A DNA stretch of 64,000 nt from a bacterium (lineage in GTDB: Bacteria; SZUA-79; Acidulodesulfobacterales; Acidulodesulfobacteraceae): positions 10,025-74,024 of the forward strand of contig DAHVOJ010000003.1 of NCBI GenBank assembly GCA_027318865.1, given 5' to 3'. Numbering within the stretch: the first letter of the stretch is position 1; each line of letters starts with the position of its first letter. This document shows positions 21,752 to 32,062 of the stretch, in pieces. The translations under genes and the position numbers were made by a program. Under the pieces are notes generated by a model. It was not told where the DNA came from, did no database searches, and saw only the letters and a list, made by a program, of their open reading frames with translations.

Positions 21752-22624
21752 TTGAATATTCCTATGCCGTATATAAAATTAAATAACGCGGGAATGAAAA
21801 TTTTCTATATTTTTCACGGCGCTGGGGTTAAAGATCGAAATAACGATAATCAAAGATACGCCGTCTTGATTCACGGCGCCGGCGGCAATCATCTTTCGAT
21901 GCTTTCGATTTTTAATTACATAAAAATAAAATTCGGCGCAACTTATAATATACTCGTTCCCGATTTGCCGTTTCACTTTAGATCTGCTTCCGCCGCCGGC
22001 AATCCGGCGGAAATTAATTTTTTAATGCCCGAAAACGACGGGATAACGTTTTATGCTTCAACCGTAAATTTACTAACGTCAGAATTGTTTGAATATAACA
22101 AAAACATCGTATTGATAGGACATTCTATGGGGGCGCAGGTGTGTATAAAATATGCGTCTTTATTTCCGGAAAATATCGAAAAAATTATGCTTATAGCAGG
22201 ATGTCATAATACCGGCATAAGCGATAGCTTTATTAATAGCCTTACAAATTCGTTTGACAGAACTATCATGCTTTTTTTACAAGACGCTCTCGGTTCAAGA
22301 GATAAAAATATTTTAAATAAAGCTTTAGCGGACGTCAAAAGAACGCCCGCTCAGGTCGTCGTTAACGATTTTAAATACTCTAAATACTATGGTTATAGTA
22401 TGAATTATAAAAAGGATATAGATTTAATTAACTCCGACTACGGAAAAATTTTTTTTAATATTATATACTCGGAAAAAGACCTGATTATAAGACCCGAATG
22501 CGTTAAAGAACTATCGAAAAAGATCAGCAATTCCGCTATTAATTCTATTCCTGCGAAGAATCATTTAGATTTTTTATACGGAAATTATTACATGGAAAAA
22601 GAAATAAATAAATTTTTAAAATAA
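21752..22624 (+). CDS. Alpha/beta-fold hydrolase
   Basis: Nucleophile elbow GHSMGA and the overall length and pattern of the fold. Confidence 0.6.
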   Translation: MNIPMPYIKLNNAGMKIFYIFHGAGVKDRNNDNQRYAVLIHGAGGNHLSMLSIFNYIKIKFGATYNILVPDLPFHFRSASAAGNPAEINFLMPENDGITFYASTVNLLTSELFEYNKNIVLIGHSMGAQVCIKYASLFPENIEKIMLIAGCHNTGISDSFINSLTNSFDRTIMLFLQDALGSRDKNILNKALADVKRTPAQVVVNDFKYSKYYGYSMNYKKDIDLINSDYGKIFFNIIYSEKDLIIRPECVKELSKKISNSAINSIPAKNHLDFLYGNYYMEKEINKFLK

Positions 22625-22715
22625 ATTTTTATTGACATAAGCGGTATTAAAATTATAAACTTTAAAATTGAACAAAAAATCCTGCCATTTTAAAATTTGG
22701 AGAAATATAGTAAAA

Positions 22716-24485
22716 ATGCGAACATTATGCGAAGATATTAAAGAATCCGATATCGGCAAAGAGTTTACGTTTAAAGGATGGGTAATGCATTACCGCGATC
22801 ACGGCGGCTTGATTTTCATCGATTTAAGAGATTATTCCGGCATACTTCAGATTGTTTTCGACGAAAACATAGAAGGCGAATCCTTTAAATCGGCAAAAAA
22901 ACTAAAAAACGAATATGTGGTTTCCGTCGCCGGAACCGTAAGAAAAAGACCCGACGGAACCGAAAATACAGGCTTAAAAACCGGCAATATAGAACTTCTT
23001 GTAAAATCCGTCGAAATTCTTAATATATGCGAAGTTTTGCCTTTTCAAATAGACGAAGAAACCGAAGTCAACGAATTTACGAGACTTAAATACAGATATC
23101 TCGATTTAAGAAGCAAAAGATTAAAAGACAACTTAATATTCAGGTCTAAATTTACGCATCTCATAAGGGAATTTCTAAACGGCAAAGGTTTCTTCGATAT
23201 AGAAACGCCCTTTTTAACAAAAAGCACTCCGGAGGGATCAAGAGACTTTTTAGTTCCCTCCAGATTAAATAAAGGCCGTTTTTTTGCTCTTCCGCAATCT
23301 CCTCAGTTATTTAAACAAATTTTAATGGTCAGTGGATTTGAACGATATTATCAAATTGTCCGCTGTTTCAGGGACGAAGATTTAAGGGCGGACAGACAAC
23401 CGGAATTTACGCAACTCGATATGGAAATGTCGTTTGTCGAAACTAACGACGTTATTTCTATAACCGAAGAATTATTCGCTTTAATATTCCAAAAACTTTT
23501 GGGTATAACTGTCTTCCGTCCGTTTAAGATTCTTGATTACGACGAAGCAATGGACAAATACGGAAGCGATAAGCCGGATACCAGATTCGAATTAATTATT
23601 CATAACTTAACAGACATTTTTGCAAACTCCTCGTTAAACGTATTTAAGGATAATATTCAAAAAGGCGGCGTTATTAAAGCAATCTGTCTGCCGGACGGAG
23701 TTAATCTTCTTTCGAGAAAAGATATCGACGAACTTCTAAATACGGTAAAAGAATTTGGAGCAAAAGGTCTTGCATGGACTAAAATAGGCGAAAATAATTT
23801 ACTTGAAGGAGGAATTTCTAAATTTATATCGGACGAAGAAAGAAATAACCTGATCGCAAAAACCGGAGCTAAAAACGGCGATATCATTCTTTACCAGTCC
23901 GATTCAAAAAAAATTGCGGAAAACGTCCTCGGAAGATTAAGGCTTCACCTTGCTAAAAAATATAATCTTATACCGGAAGGCAGATTCGATTTTTTATGGG
24001 TCGTCAATTTTCCTTTATTTGAATATTCAGAGGAGGAAAAAAAGATAGTAGCGGTGCATCATCCTTTTACTTCCCCGTCAGTAAAAGATTTAAACGAACT
24101 CGAAACCGACCCGCTTTCTGTAAAATCCGACAGCTACGACCTCGTGCTTAACGGAGAAGAAATCGGCGGCGGCAGTATAAGAATACATAATCCGGGACTA
24201 CAGGAAAAAATTTTTAAAATTCTTTCTATACCGGATGAAGAAGCGAAGATAAAATTTGGATTTCTTTCGGATGCGCTCGGCTTCGGCGCTCCTCCGCACG
24301 GGGGCATCGCATTCGGAATCGATAGAATACTAATGATACTTAGAAACGAAGATTCAATCAGGGACGTAATTGCTTTCCCCAAAACTCAGAAAGCATACTG
24401 TCCGCTTACCGATGCGCCTTCGTCCGTAAATGAAACGCAAATTAAAGAATTAGGGATAAAACTTCGTGAAACGACGGTTATATAA
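22716..24485 (+). CDS. aspS: Aspartate--tRNA ligase
   Basis: OB-fold N-terminus (GWVMHYRDHGGLIFIDLRD), class II motifs (FRDEDLRADRQPEFTQLD, GGGSIRIH, GIAFGIDR). I prefer the ATG at 22716 to the track's TTG at 22668. Confidence 0.9.
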   Translation: MRTLCEDIKESDIGKEFTFKGWVMHYRDHGGLIFIDLRDYSGILQIVFDENIEGESFKSAKKLKNEYVVSVAGTVRKRPDGTENTGLKTGNIELLVKSVEILNICEVLPFQIDEETEVNEFTRLKYRYLDLRSKRLKDNLIFRSKFTHLIREFLNGKGFFDIETPFLTKSTPEGSRDFLVPSRLNKGRFFALPQSPQLFKQILMVSGFERYYQIVRCFRDEDLRADRQPEFTQLDMEMSFVETNDVISITEELFALIFQKLLGITVFRPFKILDYDEAMDKYGSDKPDTRFELIIHNLTDIFANSSLNVFKDNIQKGGVIKAICLPDGVNLLSRKDIDELLNTVKEFGAKGLAWTKIGENNLLEGGISKFISDEERNNLIAKTGAKNGDIILYQSDSKKIAENVLGRLRLHLAKKYNLIPEGRFDFLWVVNFPLFEYSEEEKKIVAVHHPFTSPSVKDLNELETDPLSVKSDSYDLVLNGEEIGGGSIRIHNPGLQEKIFKILSIPDEEAKIKFGFLSDALGFGAPPHGGIAFGIDRILMILRNEDSIRDVIAFPKTQKAYCPLTDAPSSVNETQIKELGIKLRETTVI

Positions 24486-24513
24486 AAATATAAAAAAATA
24501 GGGAGGTATCGAA

Positions 24514-26010
24514 TTGGAAAAAAAATCTGGTTTTCCTCATCCGTACTTTGAATCTCATCCAAATTGGAAATGGTTTATACTTTCAACGGTTCTGGTAGGC
24601 GCTACTATGTCTGCTTTAGACGTGAGCATAGTCAACGTCGCTATGCCGACGATGGAAAAAGGCTTTCAAGTAAATATGGCGGTTATAGAATGGGTTGCAA
24701 TGGCATATATGCTTACTTTGACGGTTTTTTTGCCTTTATTCGGAAGACTCGCCGATATGTTCGGAAGAACAAAGATGTATAATACCGGTTTCGTTGTTTT
24801 TACCGTCGGTTCGGCGCTTTGCGGCATCGCGCCTAATGCAAATTTTATTATTTTTTCCCGCGTTCTCCAGGCGGTCGGGGCGGGGCTTCTTCAGGCAAAC
24901 TCCGTAGCAATAATCACGCAGGCTTTTCCTTCTAATGAACTTGGCAAAGCTATCGGACTTCAGGGTTCCGTTCAGGCTATCGCAATGTCTGTTGGACCGT
25001 TTGTAGGCGGTATGATTATTGCGGCTATAGGATGGCGCTGGATATTTTACGTAAACGTGCCGATTGGAATCGCAGGAACGTTTATGGCATTATTTATACT
25101 GCCGTCAAGCAAAGCCGATATTTTGAAGAAAAAAGAAAAAATAGATTACTTCGGAATTTCTTTTTTTGCGGCTGGGCTTGCATTTCTTATCCTTGCAATC
25201 AACGAAGGAACAAAATTCGGCTGGTCGTCGCCTATAATAATTACTTACTTCGTTATTGCCGCAGTTTTACTGCCGCTTTTCGTTTACACGGAAATTAAAG
25301 TGGAACACCCTATGATAGACTTAAAGCTATTTAAAAAATGGGGGTTTTCTGCCGGAAACGTTACCGGTATGTTATCTTACTATGTTTTATTTGCCGTCCT
25401 GTTCCTTATGCCTTTTTATCTTGAAAATTTACTGGGTTATAATGCGGCAGCCACAGGTTCGCTTTTAACCCCGATTCCTCTTTCTATGGCTATAATCGCT
25501 CCTTTTGCCGGCGCTATCTCCGATAAGGTCGGTTCAAGAATCATGACTACGCTTGGCATGTTCGTATGCGCCGTAGCTACGCTTCTATTGTCGTTCTTGG
25601 GAAATTCCATAAATATTTATTTACTTATTTTTGATTTTATTATTCTCGGCGTAGGAATGGGAATATTTACTCCGCCTAATAACAGCGCAATCATGCTTTC
25701 GGCTCCGCCGGAAAGATTAGGCGTGGCAGGAGGAATACTCAATATGATGAGAGCTCTCGGTCTTATATTCGGCGTTGCTTTCTCGGGGTTACTAGTTTCA
25801 TCGACAAAACTCGGCTATGCAAAAAGCCACGGTTTTGCGGTACTTAAAAATTTGCCGAAAGCTATAGGCAATGCCGGTTTTCTGCATGGTTTTACTATTG
25901 TAATGTTCACTCTCCTCGGTATTAACGTCTTTGCGACAATAATGTCCGTTGCAAAGAAAGACGTAAAAATTAAAAAAATCGAAGGTGCAGAGCCGATCGA
26001 CTTAATGTAA
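24514..26010 (+). CDS. MFS transporter, DHA2 (EmrB/QacA-like, 14-TMS) family
   Basis: 498 aa. LDVSIVNVAMP and GRLADMFGRTK motifs, about 14 hydrophobic segments. Confidence 0.75.
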   Translation: MEKKSGFPHPYFESHPNWKWFILSTVLVGATMSALDVSIVNVAMPTMEKGFQVNMAVIEWVAMAYMLTLTVFLPLFGRLADMFGRTKMYNTGFVVFTVGSALCGIAPNANFIIFSRVLQAVGAGLLQANSVAIITQAFPSNELGKAIGLQGSVQAIAMSVGPFVGGMIIAAIGWRWIFYVNVPIGIAGTFMALFILPSSKADILKKKEKIDYFGISFFAAGLAFLILAINEGTKFGWSSPIIITYFVIAAVLLPLFVYTEIKVEHPMIDLKLFKKWGFSAGNVTGMLSYYVLFAVLFLMPFYLENLLGYNAAATGSLLTPIPLSMAIIAPFAGAISDKVGSRIMTTLGMFVCAVATLLLSFLGNSINIYLLIFDFIILGVGMGIFTPPNNSAIMLSAPPERLGVAGGILNMMRALGLIFGVAFSGLLVSSTKLGYAKSHGFAVLKNLPKAIGNAGFLHGFTIVMFTLLGINVFATIMSVAKKDVKIKKIEGAEPIDLM

Positions 26011-26042
26011 TCTTAATGCAATAAAGCTATAAAATAAATTTT

Positions 26043-27821
26043 ATGCGAATTTTTGGAAAAAACAATAAATTAACCGTCAAAAACAGCAACGGCGAATTTA
26101 TTTCCGGAATAGAATATATAATAAAAAGAACTTTAAACAACGGAATAAACAATATATTCTTGGAAGACAATATCGTAAAGGCAATGCCGGAAATTCCTAA
26201 ACTTTTTTCCTTAAACATAGAATCGGAACTTGAATTTTTGTGGACGGAAGTTTACATGTTGTCCGCAACTAACCGCAGGTCAATGGTTTTCGCTTATGAC
26301 ATGTCATTTATAAATTTTATAAATTTAGAAGAATATTTTATTAAGAATACCGCTTTAAAAGGCGGCATTGTATTATTTCTTTTTAAAAAACAGTGCATAA
26401 AAAAAATCTCTTTCGAATTTAAAAGTATTTTCCCCGTCTATAATTATTATAAAACTTCAAATTTTATAGATTATCTTCCTTACTATTTTGAACTTTCCGA
26501 AAAATTAAAACTTCCTGTCATTATTTATCTGAACGATTCGGTAATGAACGAATACTGCCCGGATGAAAAAAAAGAATATACTGAAAGAACTGCGGTAAAA
26601 CCCGATTTTTTTTTAATTAATAACGGTAATGATATTAACTTATCCGATACTTATAAACTTCAACGAAATATTCAATTATTTAAAAATACGGGCAGGCACA
26701 TTGAATTTTTCAAAGGGGAATCCGAAGTAACAAATATAAATAATCTGATTCTTACGGACGCTAAAAATTTTCATCGCATTATAGAAAACAAAAGCTTTTC
26801 CGAAAATTCGGATATTATATTGTTCAACCTGTTAAATCCGATTGACGATTCAAGTTTAATCGGAATTATAAAATCGGAATGCGGTATTTTTTATAAAAAT
26901 GTTTATATATTCGACTCTTATTCCCTGCTGACCTCCCGGCTTATCGATATTTTTAAGAATAACAAAAATATACTCGGCTACGAAAATTTATCGGTGGCGG
27001 AAGATAAAAATAATACGGGGATTGAATTTGGATTCTGCTCCGACGACTTTAATATCGCCGATACCAAAACGCCGAAATCTTTTTGCATTGGATGCGGTTT
27101 ATTTACGTTTTTGAATAGTCTTGAAAAAAAGATAGGTAATTCCGGAAATGACATATTAATCGGAGACAAAGGATGCTTCTCCCTTTTAACGTCAAGCTCG
27201 TTAAAATTTTCCTTTCAGAGTATAACGGAAGCCGAAAATCCTATTTTTTTTTCTTATAGCCTGAATTCAAAAGATTTAAGCAAAAATTTTTATATTTTCG
27301 TTTCTTCGCTTCATTTTTACGAACATATGGATAAATTCTTTAAAATACACAACGGCGGAAATGTAAAAAATAGAATTGTATTCATCGTATATAAATCTAT
27401 TTTTGATTTTAATTTTAACATAGAAAACTTAATTTTAAACCCCATGCTGAAGCCTGTTAAAAAAAATGTTTTAAGAAAAGGCAATAGACTTAAAGATTTA
27501 AATATAGCATATGACCGCGTGTCAATTATATTTATCGATAACGACTGCCTCAATTTTGCAAAATCGGGACGCAATTTAAATTATACGTCATACCTTGTTA
27601 TAAATAACAACGTATGCGCTAAATTCGAGTGCAGACTCTGTTATCAAAAAACAAAATGCCCCGCAATTAAGATTTATAAAGACGGAGATATATTTATAGA
27701 CGCAGAAATTTGTAATTTTTGTAAATTATGCATTGACATATGTCCGTATAATGCGATTAGACCTAAAAAACGCAAAAAAATTAAAATAAAAAAATCGTTA
27801 GAAAGTAAAATTAATCTTTAA
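26043..27821 (+). CDS. Highly diverged indolepyruvate:ferredoxin oxidoreductase alpha-like protein with C-terminal ferredoxin domain
   Basis: Length about 590 aa, GDKGC block in the position of a TPP GDxG motif, C-terminal Cys clusters (CAKFECRLC...CP and CNFCKLCIDICP). Followed by an IorB-sized gene. Confidence 0.4.
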   Translation: MRIFGKNNKLTVKNSNGEFISGIEYIIKRTLNNGINNIFLEDNIVKAMPEIPKLFSLNIESELEFLWTEVYMLSATNRRSMVFAYDMSFINFINLEEYFIKNTALKGGIVLFLFKKQCIKKISFEFKSIFPVYNYYKTSNFIDYLPYYFELSEKLKLPVIIYLNDSVMNEYCPDEKKEYTERTAVKPDFFLINNGNDINLSDTYKLQRNIQLFKNTGRHIEFFKGESEVTNINNLILTDAKNFHRIIENKSFSENSDIILFNLLNPIDDSSLIGIIKSECGIFYKNVYIFDSYSLLTSRLIDIFKNNKNILGYENLSVAEDKNNTGIEFGFCSDDFNIADTKTPKSFCIGCGLFTFLNSLEKKIGNSGNDILIGDKGCFSLLTSSSLKFSFQSITEAENPIFFSYSLNSKDLSKNFYIFVSSLHFYEHMDKFFKIHNGGNVKNRIVFIVYKSIFDFNFNIENLILNPMLKPVKKNVLRKGNRLKDLNIAYDRVSIIFIDNDCLNFAKSGRNLNYTSYLVINNNVCAKFECRLCYQKTKCPAIKIYKDGDIFIDAEICNFCKLCIDICPYNAIRPKKRKKIKIKKSLESKINL

Positions 27822-27826
27822 ACGAT

Positions 27827-28429
27827 ATGGAAAACATAAATTATAATCTTATTCTAAACGGAGCCGATTTCAAAGAGATAACTTATTTAAGTAAATTTCT
27901 CTACCATGCTTTAAAAAACGAGAATTTTAACGTTTCGCTATTGATTAAGCCCGTATCGAATATATCGAACTACAGTATCACGTATGCCGTTATAAAAATA
28001 GGAAAGTTTGAATCTATAAGCTGCGTTCGGAATATTGACGCAATTATCAGTTTAGATTTTCAATCATTATTAAACTACCTTCCGTTTATTAACAAAAACA
28101 CCCTTTTATTGTCCGATTATTCCGCCTTTAACGTATGCGATTTCTGGTTGACGGATAACGAAACGACGTTTAAAAGATTAAACGAAAAAACGGGAAATAT
28201 TTATAAAATACCGCTTAAAGATATAATAGATCAGGATTCCATGGGGAAAAACAGGGTAAGTTCCTATATTGCGCTAATAGGAGCATTTATATCGAAAAGC
28301 AACCTGTTAGATCTTGATTCCGTATTAAGACAAACCGACTCGTTCTCGGAAAACGATGCGGGGAAAAAAAATATGATTCAAGCTATTTTAAAAGGTTACG
28401 ATTACGTAGCAGAAAATCAAGAAAATTAA
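27827..28429 (+). CDS. IorB / pyruvate-ferredoxin oxidoreductase gamma-like protein (diverged)
   Basis: 200 aa, 5 nt downstream of the IorA-like gene. Size and position fit the beta/gamma subunit. Sequence recognition is weak. Confidence 0.3.
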   Translation: MENINYNLILNGADFKEITYLSKFLYHALKNENFNVSLLIKPVSNISNYSITYAVIKIGKFESISCVRNIDAIISLDFQSLLNYLPFINKNTLLLSDYSAFNVCDFWLTDNETTFKRLNEKTGNIYKIPLKDIIDQDSMGKNRVSSYIALIGAFISKSNLLDLDSVLRQTDSFSENDAGKKNMIQAILKGYDYVAENQEN

Positions 28430-28436
28430 AATTCCG

Positions 28437-28910
28437 TTAAAATTTATTATTATAACATGAACCGCATAATCCGTAAAATTCAAGTCCGTAACTGTTTATA
28501 TAATAATTTTCGGTTAACTTTTCTTTTATTTTAGTCTCAAAAAATCCGGCAAAGTCAAACTCGCCTATTTTAACGTCTATTATTTTACCGCATTTTTCGC
28601 ATATAGCATGACCGTGCGCAGAAATATCTCCGTCGTAATGCACGGAATTCTGCAACGTTCTGATTTCTTTCACTTCATGGATAGAAGAAAGCATTGAAAG
28701 ATTCTTATAAACCGTATTTAACGAAATCATCGGATATGATTCCTTTAGCTTGCCGTAAACGTCCGTAGCGGAAGGATGACTTTTTGATTCCGCGACTATT
28801 TTAATAATTTCAAGTCTTTGCGGCGTCAGGCTGTAGCCCATTTTTTTGATTTTAGAGACAATATCGTTTAATCTCGAATCAGATTGTTTATTTTGTTTAG
28901 TTAAATTCAC
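28437..28910 (-). CDS. Fur-family metalloregulator
   Basis: Winged-helix N-terminus (TPQRLEIIKIV...HPSATDVY), metal-site pattern HGHAICEKCGKI and C-terminal CGSC. GTG start. Confidence 0.8.
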   Translation of the reverse strand: MNLTKQNKQSDSRLNDIVSKIKKMGYSLTPQRLEIIKIVAESKSHPSATDVYGKLKESYPMISLNTVYKNLSMLSSIHEVKEIRTLQNSVHYDGDISAHGHAICEKCGKIIDVKIGEFDFAGFFETKIKEKLTENYYINSYGLEFYGLCGSCYNNKF

Positions 28911-28988
28911 GTATTTAATTCTCCGTAAATATTATAGCCAATATATTGATTATATAATATTTATTATCATTTAATAATAAAAAAGTCA

Positions 28989-29066
28989 AATGTTTTCAGG
29001 CAATGTTTTCAGGCAATGTTTTCAGGCAATGTTTTCAGGCAATGTTTTCAGGCAATGTTTTCAGGC
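28989..29066. repeat. Perfect tandem repeat, 6 x 13 nt (AATGTTTTCAGGC)
   Basis: Counted directly: units at 28989, 29002, 29015, 29028, 29041 and 29054. Spans the stop codon of the 29048-32062 gene and the region upstream of the fur promoter. Confidence 0.95.
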
Positions 29067-32062
29067 TTAAATTTGAAATCTTTTATGCTGTCGAAAAAAG
29101 CTTCTAGTCTCGTAACATAACCTGCATCTGCATTATGCTCGTCTATTTCTATTTCAAGGTAAGGCTTATACTTCATATATTCGGCGAAAAAAGTCTTGAT
29201 AAAAGAATCGGGGCCGCAAGCATAATTAGTAACGTAAATTGCGTTTAGTATAGGATTTTCCATAACTATCTTTGCCGCAGATAAAATTTTATGACCGGAG
29301 TGCCAGAACATATTGTCGTGTTCCCCATAAATAGAAACTTCGCCTATATCAAGAAAATCCATAGGAATGACCGTTATCCCAAGAGAAGATACTTTATTTG
29401 AAATAGATAAATTAATTCCTTCATCTTGCGTATTATACGGTCTGCCGATTAATACGGTAATATCATCGTATTTTTCCATAACTTCTCTGCCTTTTGTTTT
29501 TAATTTTTCAAAAAAAATTCTTTGTTTTTCAAGAGCATCGTCAAAAGCAAAAATAATTTGCTTTTTTGAAATGCCGAATATTTTAAGGCTTTTGAAAAAA
29601 TGGTCAATCGTTAAATCATTATCGTGTTTATCGCCGAACAGTCTGACCTCAGGCGAAATAACATGTATTTTATTAAATTCCAGCGATGATTTAGTAATAT
29701 AGGGAACGCCCTGTATATAAGGACACTGATACGTATTTTCCTGAAAATCGTGATTTTTTTCTCTATTTATTAAAGCAGGCAGAAAAATTGCATCAATTTT
29801 TTTATCTATGAGGTTTTTAACGTGACCCGACACTACTTTTACGGGAAAGCACGTGTCCGTCACCGAAAGCATATTGGATGAATTTATTATAGACCTATTG
29901 GTTTCGGTTGATAAAATAACGTTAAAGCCGAGTTTTTTAAAAAATTCGTTATAAAACGGGAAAAGGTCGTATGTTTCGAGACAGAAAGGAACCCCTAAGC
30001 GAGGTTTTGAATAATCCGCTTCATTTTCCTCCGAATAACCTTCTAATAAAAGTTCCTTTCTGTATTTAAAAAAGTTCTCGCCTTTTTTTGTTTTAGATTT
30101 ATCTACTTCAAATATATCGCATCTTGCTCCGTAATAATGCGGACTTTCATTTTCTACGGTAACTTTATTGACGTCGCATAAATTTGAACATTTAAGGCAT
30201 TCAAAAGATTCCCTGACATATTTTCTGTTTCTTAAATCAAAGCCTGCAAACTTTGACTCGACATTATTACTAAAAGCTATAAGCGCGCTGCCGATAGCTC
30301 CGGTTACCTCATTATGCTCTGGAACTATAATTTTTTTTTCTAGAAGAGTTTCGAAAGCGCTGACAACGGCTTTATTCAGCGCGACGCCTCCCTGAAAAAG
30401 TATATGTTCGCCTATCTGTTTTCCGAGAACTACTTTATTTAAATAGTTCTCTACTATAGAATACGCAAGACCCGCAATAAGCTGGTCTTTATTTGCTCCT
30501 TTCTGCTGATGCGATACTAAGTCGGATTCCATAAATACGGTGCATCTGTCTCCAAGATTGCAAGAACTTGCGGCATTAAAAGCTTTTTCCGAAAATTCTT
30601 TTATAATATCTATATTAAGTTTCTGCGCCTGTTCCTCCAGAAACGAACCCGTACCGGCGGCGCATGCTTTATTCATTTCAAAATCTACCACGACTCCGTT
30701 TTGAATCCTTATATATTTAGAATCCTGTCCTCCTATTTCAAAAACGGTATCGGCGTCTTTATCGATAAATATAGATGCCGCGGCCTGCGCCGTTATTTCA
30801 TTTTTGACAATATCCGCCCCGACGTAATCGGCTATTAAATATCTTCCGGAACCTGTAGTACAGACTCCTTTGACGGTAACGTCCATGTTAAAATTTTTTA
30901 GTTCGAGATAAATTTCGTAAAGAGTGTCCCTCACTACTTCTATCGGTTTACCGTTGGTTTTTTTATATTTTTTAACCAAAAGATTTTTATTTTCGTCTAA
31001 TAGAACTATGTTTGTGGAAACCGAACCGGTATCTATACCTATATAAACCGGAATATTTTGACCGGAACGGCATTTAAGGGCATTCAAGTTATTTATTTCT
31101 GCGTTATTGAACCTGCCGTCCACATCTTGATCGACCTTTAACCGTTCCCTGTATCTCCCTGTAGATTTGTCTTTTTCTATAAATTCTTTAAGCGGTTCTA
31201 GTCCGTTAAACTTAAAATTTTTTTCGTTACGCGATATTATAGCTATACCTATAGCAGACATAACGGTGTGATGCTCCGGGATTATAAGTTCGCTATCTTT
31301 AAGTTCCAGAATGTCTTTGAACGCTCTGATCATGCCAAGGTTAAACGCAACTCCCCCTTGAAAAATCACGGGCTTCTCAAATTTTTTCCCCTTAGCTACC
31401 GTTCCTATAAAAGTTCTTGCGACGGCGTAACACAATCCGGCAACGATGTCCGGTATAGGCGTTGAAACCTGCTGTAAATGGATCATATCCGATTTGGCAA
31501 ATACCGTACATCTTCCCGCAATTTTAGCTGGATTTTTAGATTCTGAAGCCAGCCTTCCGAATTCATTCTCGATGTTTATATGAAGTCTTTCCGCCTGTTG
31601 GTCCAGAAAAGAACCCGTTCCTGCGGCGCATAAATCGTTTAATCCAAAATCTTCGAGAAAGATCTGACCTGTTTCTTTATTTTTTCTAAGCATGAGAAAT
31701 TTCGAATCCTGTCCGCCGATTTCGATAACGGTTTTAACATCCGGATAAAAATATTTTACGGCTTCGGTTTGCGCTACAAGTTCGTTTATATTAGGAATGC
31801 CTAAAACCTCGCCTACCGCGCGGGAACCTGAACCTGTAGCTCCTATGCCTGCAAAACAATCTTCGGGATATTCGTTAAAAATATTTTTTAAAACATTATA
31901 CGCCGTTTTTATAGATTCTCCGTTAGATCTTATATAATCTTTTATTAAAACATTGAGATTTTTGTCTAAAATTGCAAATTTAACGGTGGTTGAACCTATA
32001 TCTATGCCGAGATACAGTTCTTTAACCTCACCGCTTTTTATCTCTTTCATATTCTTTTCCAT
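29048..32062 (-). CDS. Fusion protein: two HgdC/BcrA-type activase ATPase modules plus a C-terminal dehydratase-related domain
   Basis: Two copies of DIGSTTVKF/DTGSVSTN, CAAGTGSFL and RCTVF motifs, then an uncharacterised C-terminal region of about 350 aa. Confidence 0.7.
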   Translation of the reverse strand: MEKNMKEIKSGEVKELYLGIDIGSTTVKFAILDKNLNVLIKDYIRSNGESIKTAYNVLKNIFNEYPEDCFAGIGATGSGSRAVGEVLGIPNINELVAQTEAVKYFYPDVKTVIEIGGQDSKFLMLRKNKETGQIFLEDFGLNDLCAAGTGSFLDQQAERLHINIENEFGRLASESKNPAKIAGRCTVFAKSDMIHLQQVSTPIPDIVAGLCYAVARTFIGTVAKGKKFEKPVIFQGGVAFNLGMIRAFKDILELKDSELIIPEHHTVMSAIGIAIISRNEKNFKFNGLEPLKEFIEKDKSTGRYRERLKVDQDVDGRFNNAEINNLNALKCRSGQNIPVYIGIDTGSVSTNIVLLDENKNLLVKKYKKTNGKPIEVVRDTLYEIYLELKNFNMDVTVKGVCTTGSGRYLIADYVGADIVKNEITAQAAASIFIDKDADTVFEIGGQDSKYIRIQNGVVVDFEMNKACAAGTGSFLEEQAQKLNIDIIKEFSEKAFNAASSCNLGDRCTVFMESDLVSHQQKGANKDQLIAGLAYSIVENYLNKVVLGKQIGEHILFQGGVALNKAVVSAFETLLEKKIIVPEHNEVTGAIGSALIAFSNNVESKFAGFDLRNRKYVRESFECLKCSNLCDVNKVTVENESPHYYGARCDIFEVDKSKTKKGENFFKYRKELLLEGYSEENEADYSKPRLGVPFCLETYDLFPFYNEFFKKLGFNVILSTETNRSIINSSNMLSVTDTCFPVKVVSGHVKNLIDKKIDAIFLPALINREKNHDFQENTYQCPYIQGVPYITKSSLEFNKIHVISPEVRLFGDKHDNDLTIDHFFKSLKIFGISKKQIIFAFDDALEKQRIFFEKLKTKGREVMEKYDDITVLIGRPYNTQDEGINLSISNKVSSLGITVIPMDFLDIGEVSIYGEHDNMFWHSGHKILSAAKIVMENPILNAIYVTNYACGPDSFIKTFFAEYMKYKPYLEIEIDEHNADAGYVTRLEAFFDSIKDFKFKPENIA

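Noticed and set aside
22668-22715. TTG start giving a 16-aa N-terminal extension of AspRS
   Set aside because: The extension (MNKKSCHFKIWRNIVK) is not AspRS-like. The ATG at 22716 begins the conserved OB-fold region.
28989-29066. The 13-nt tandem repeat as a CRISPR array or minisatellite-encoded peptide repeat
   Set aside because: There are no spacers between units. The unit length is not a multiple of 3, and the ORF stops in the second unit.
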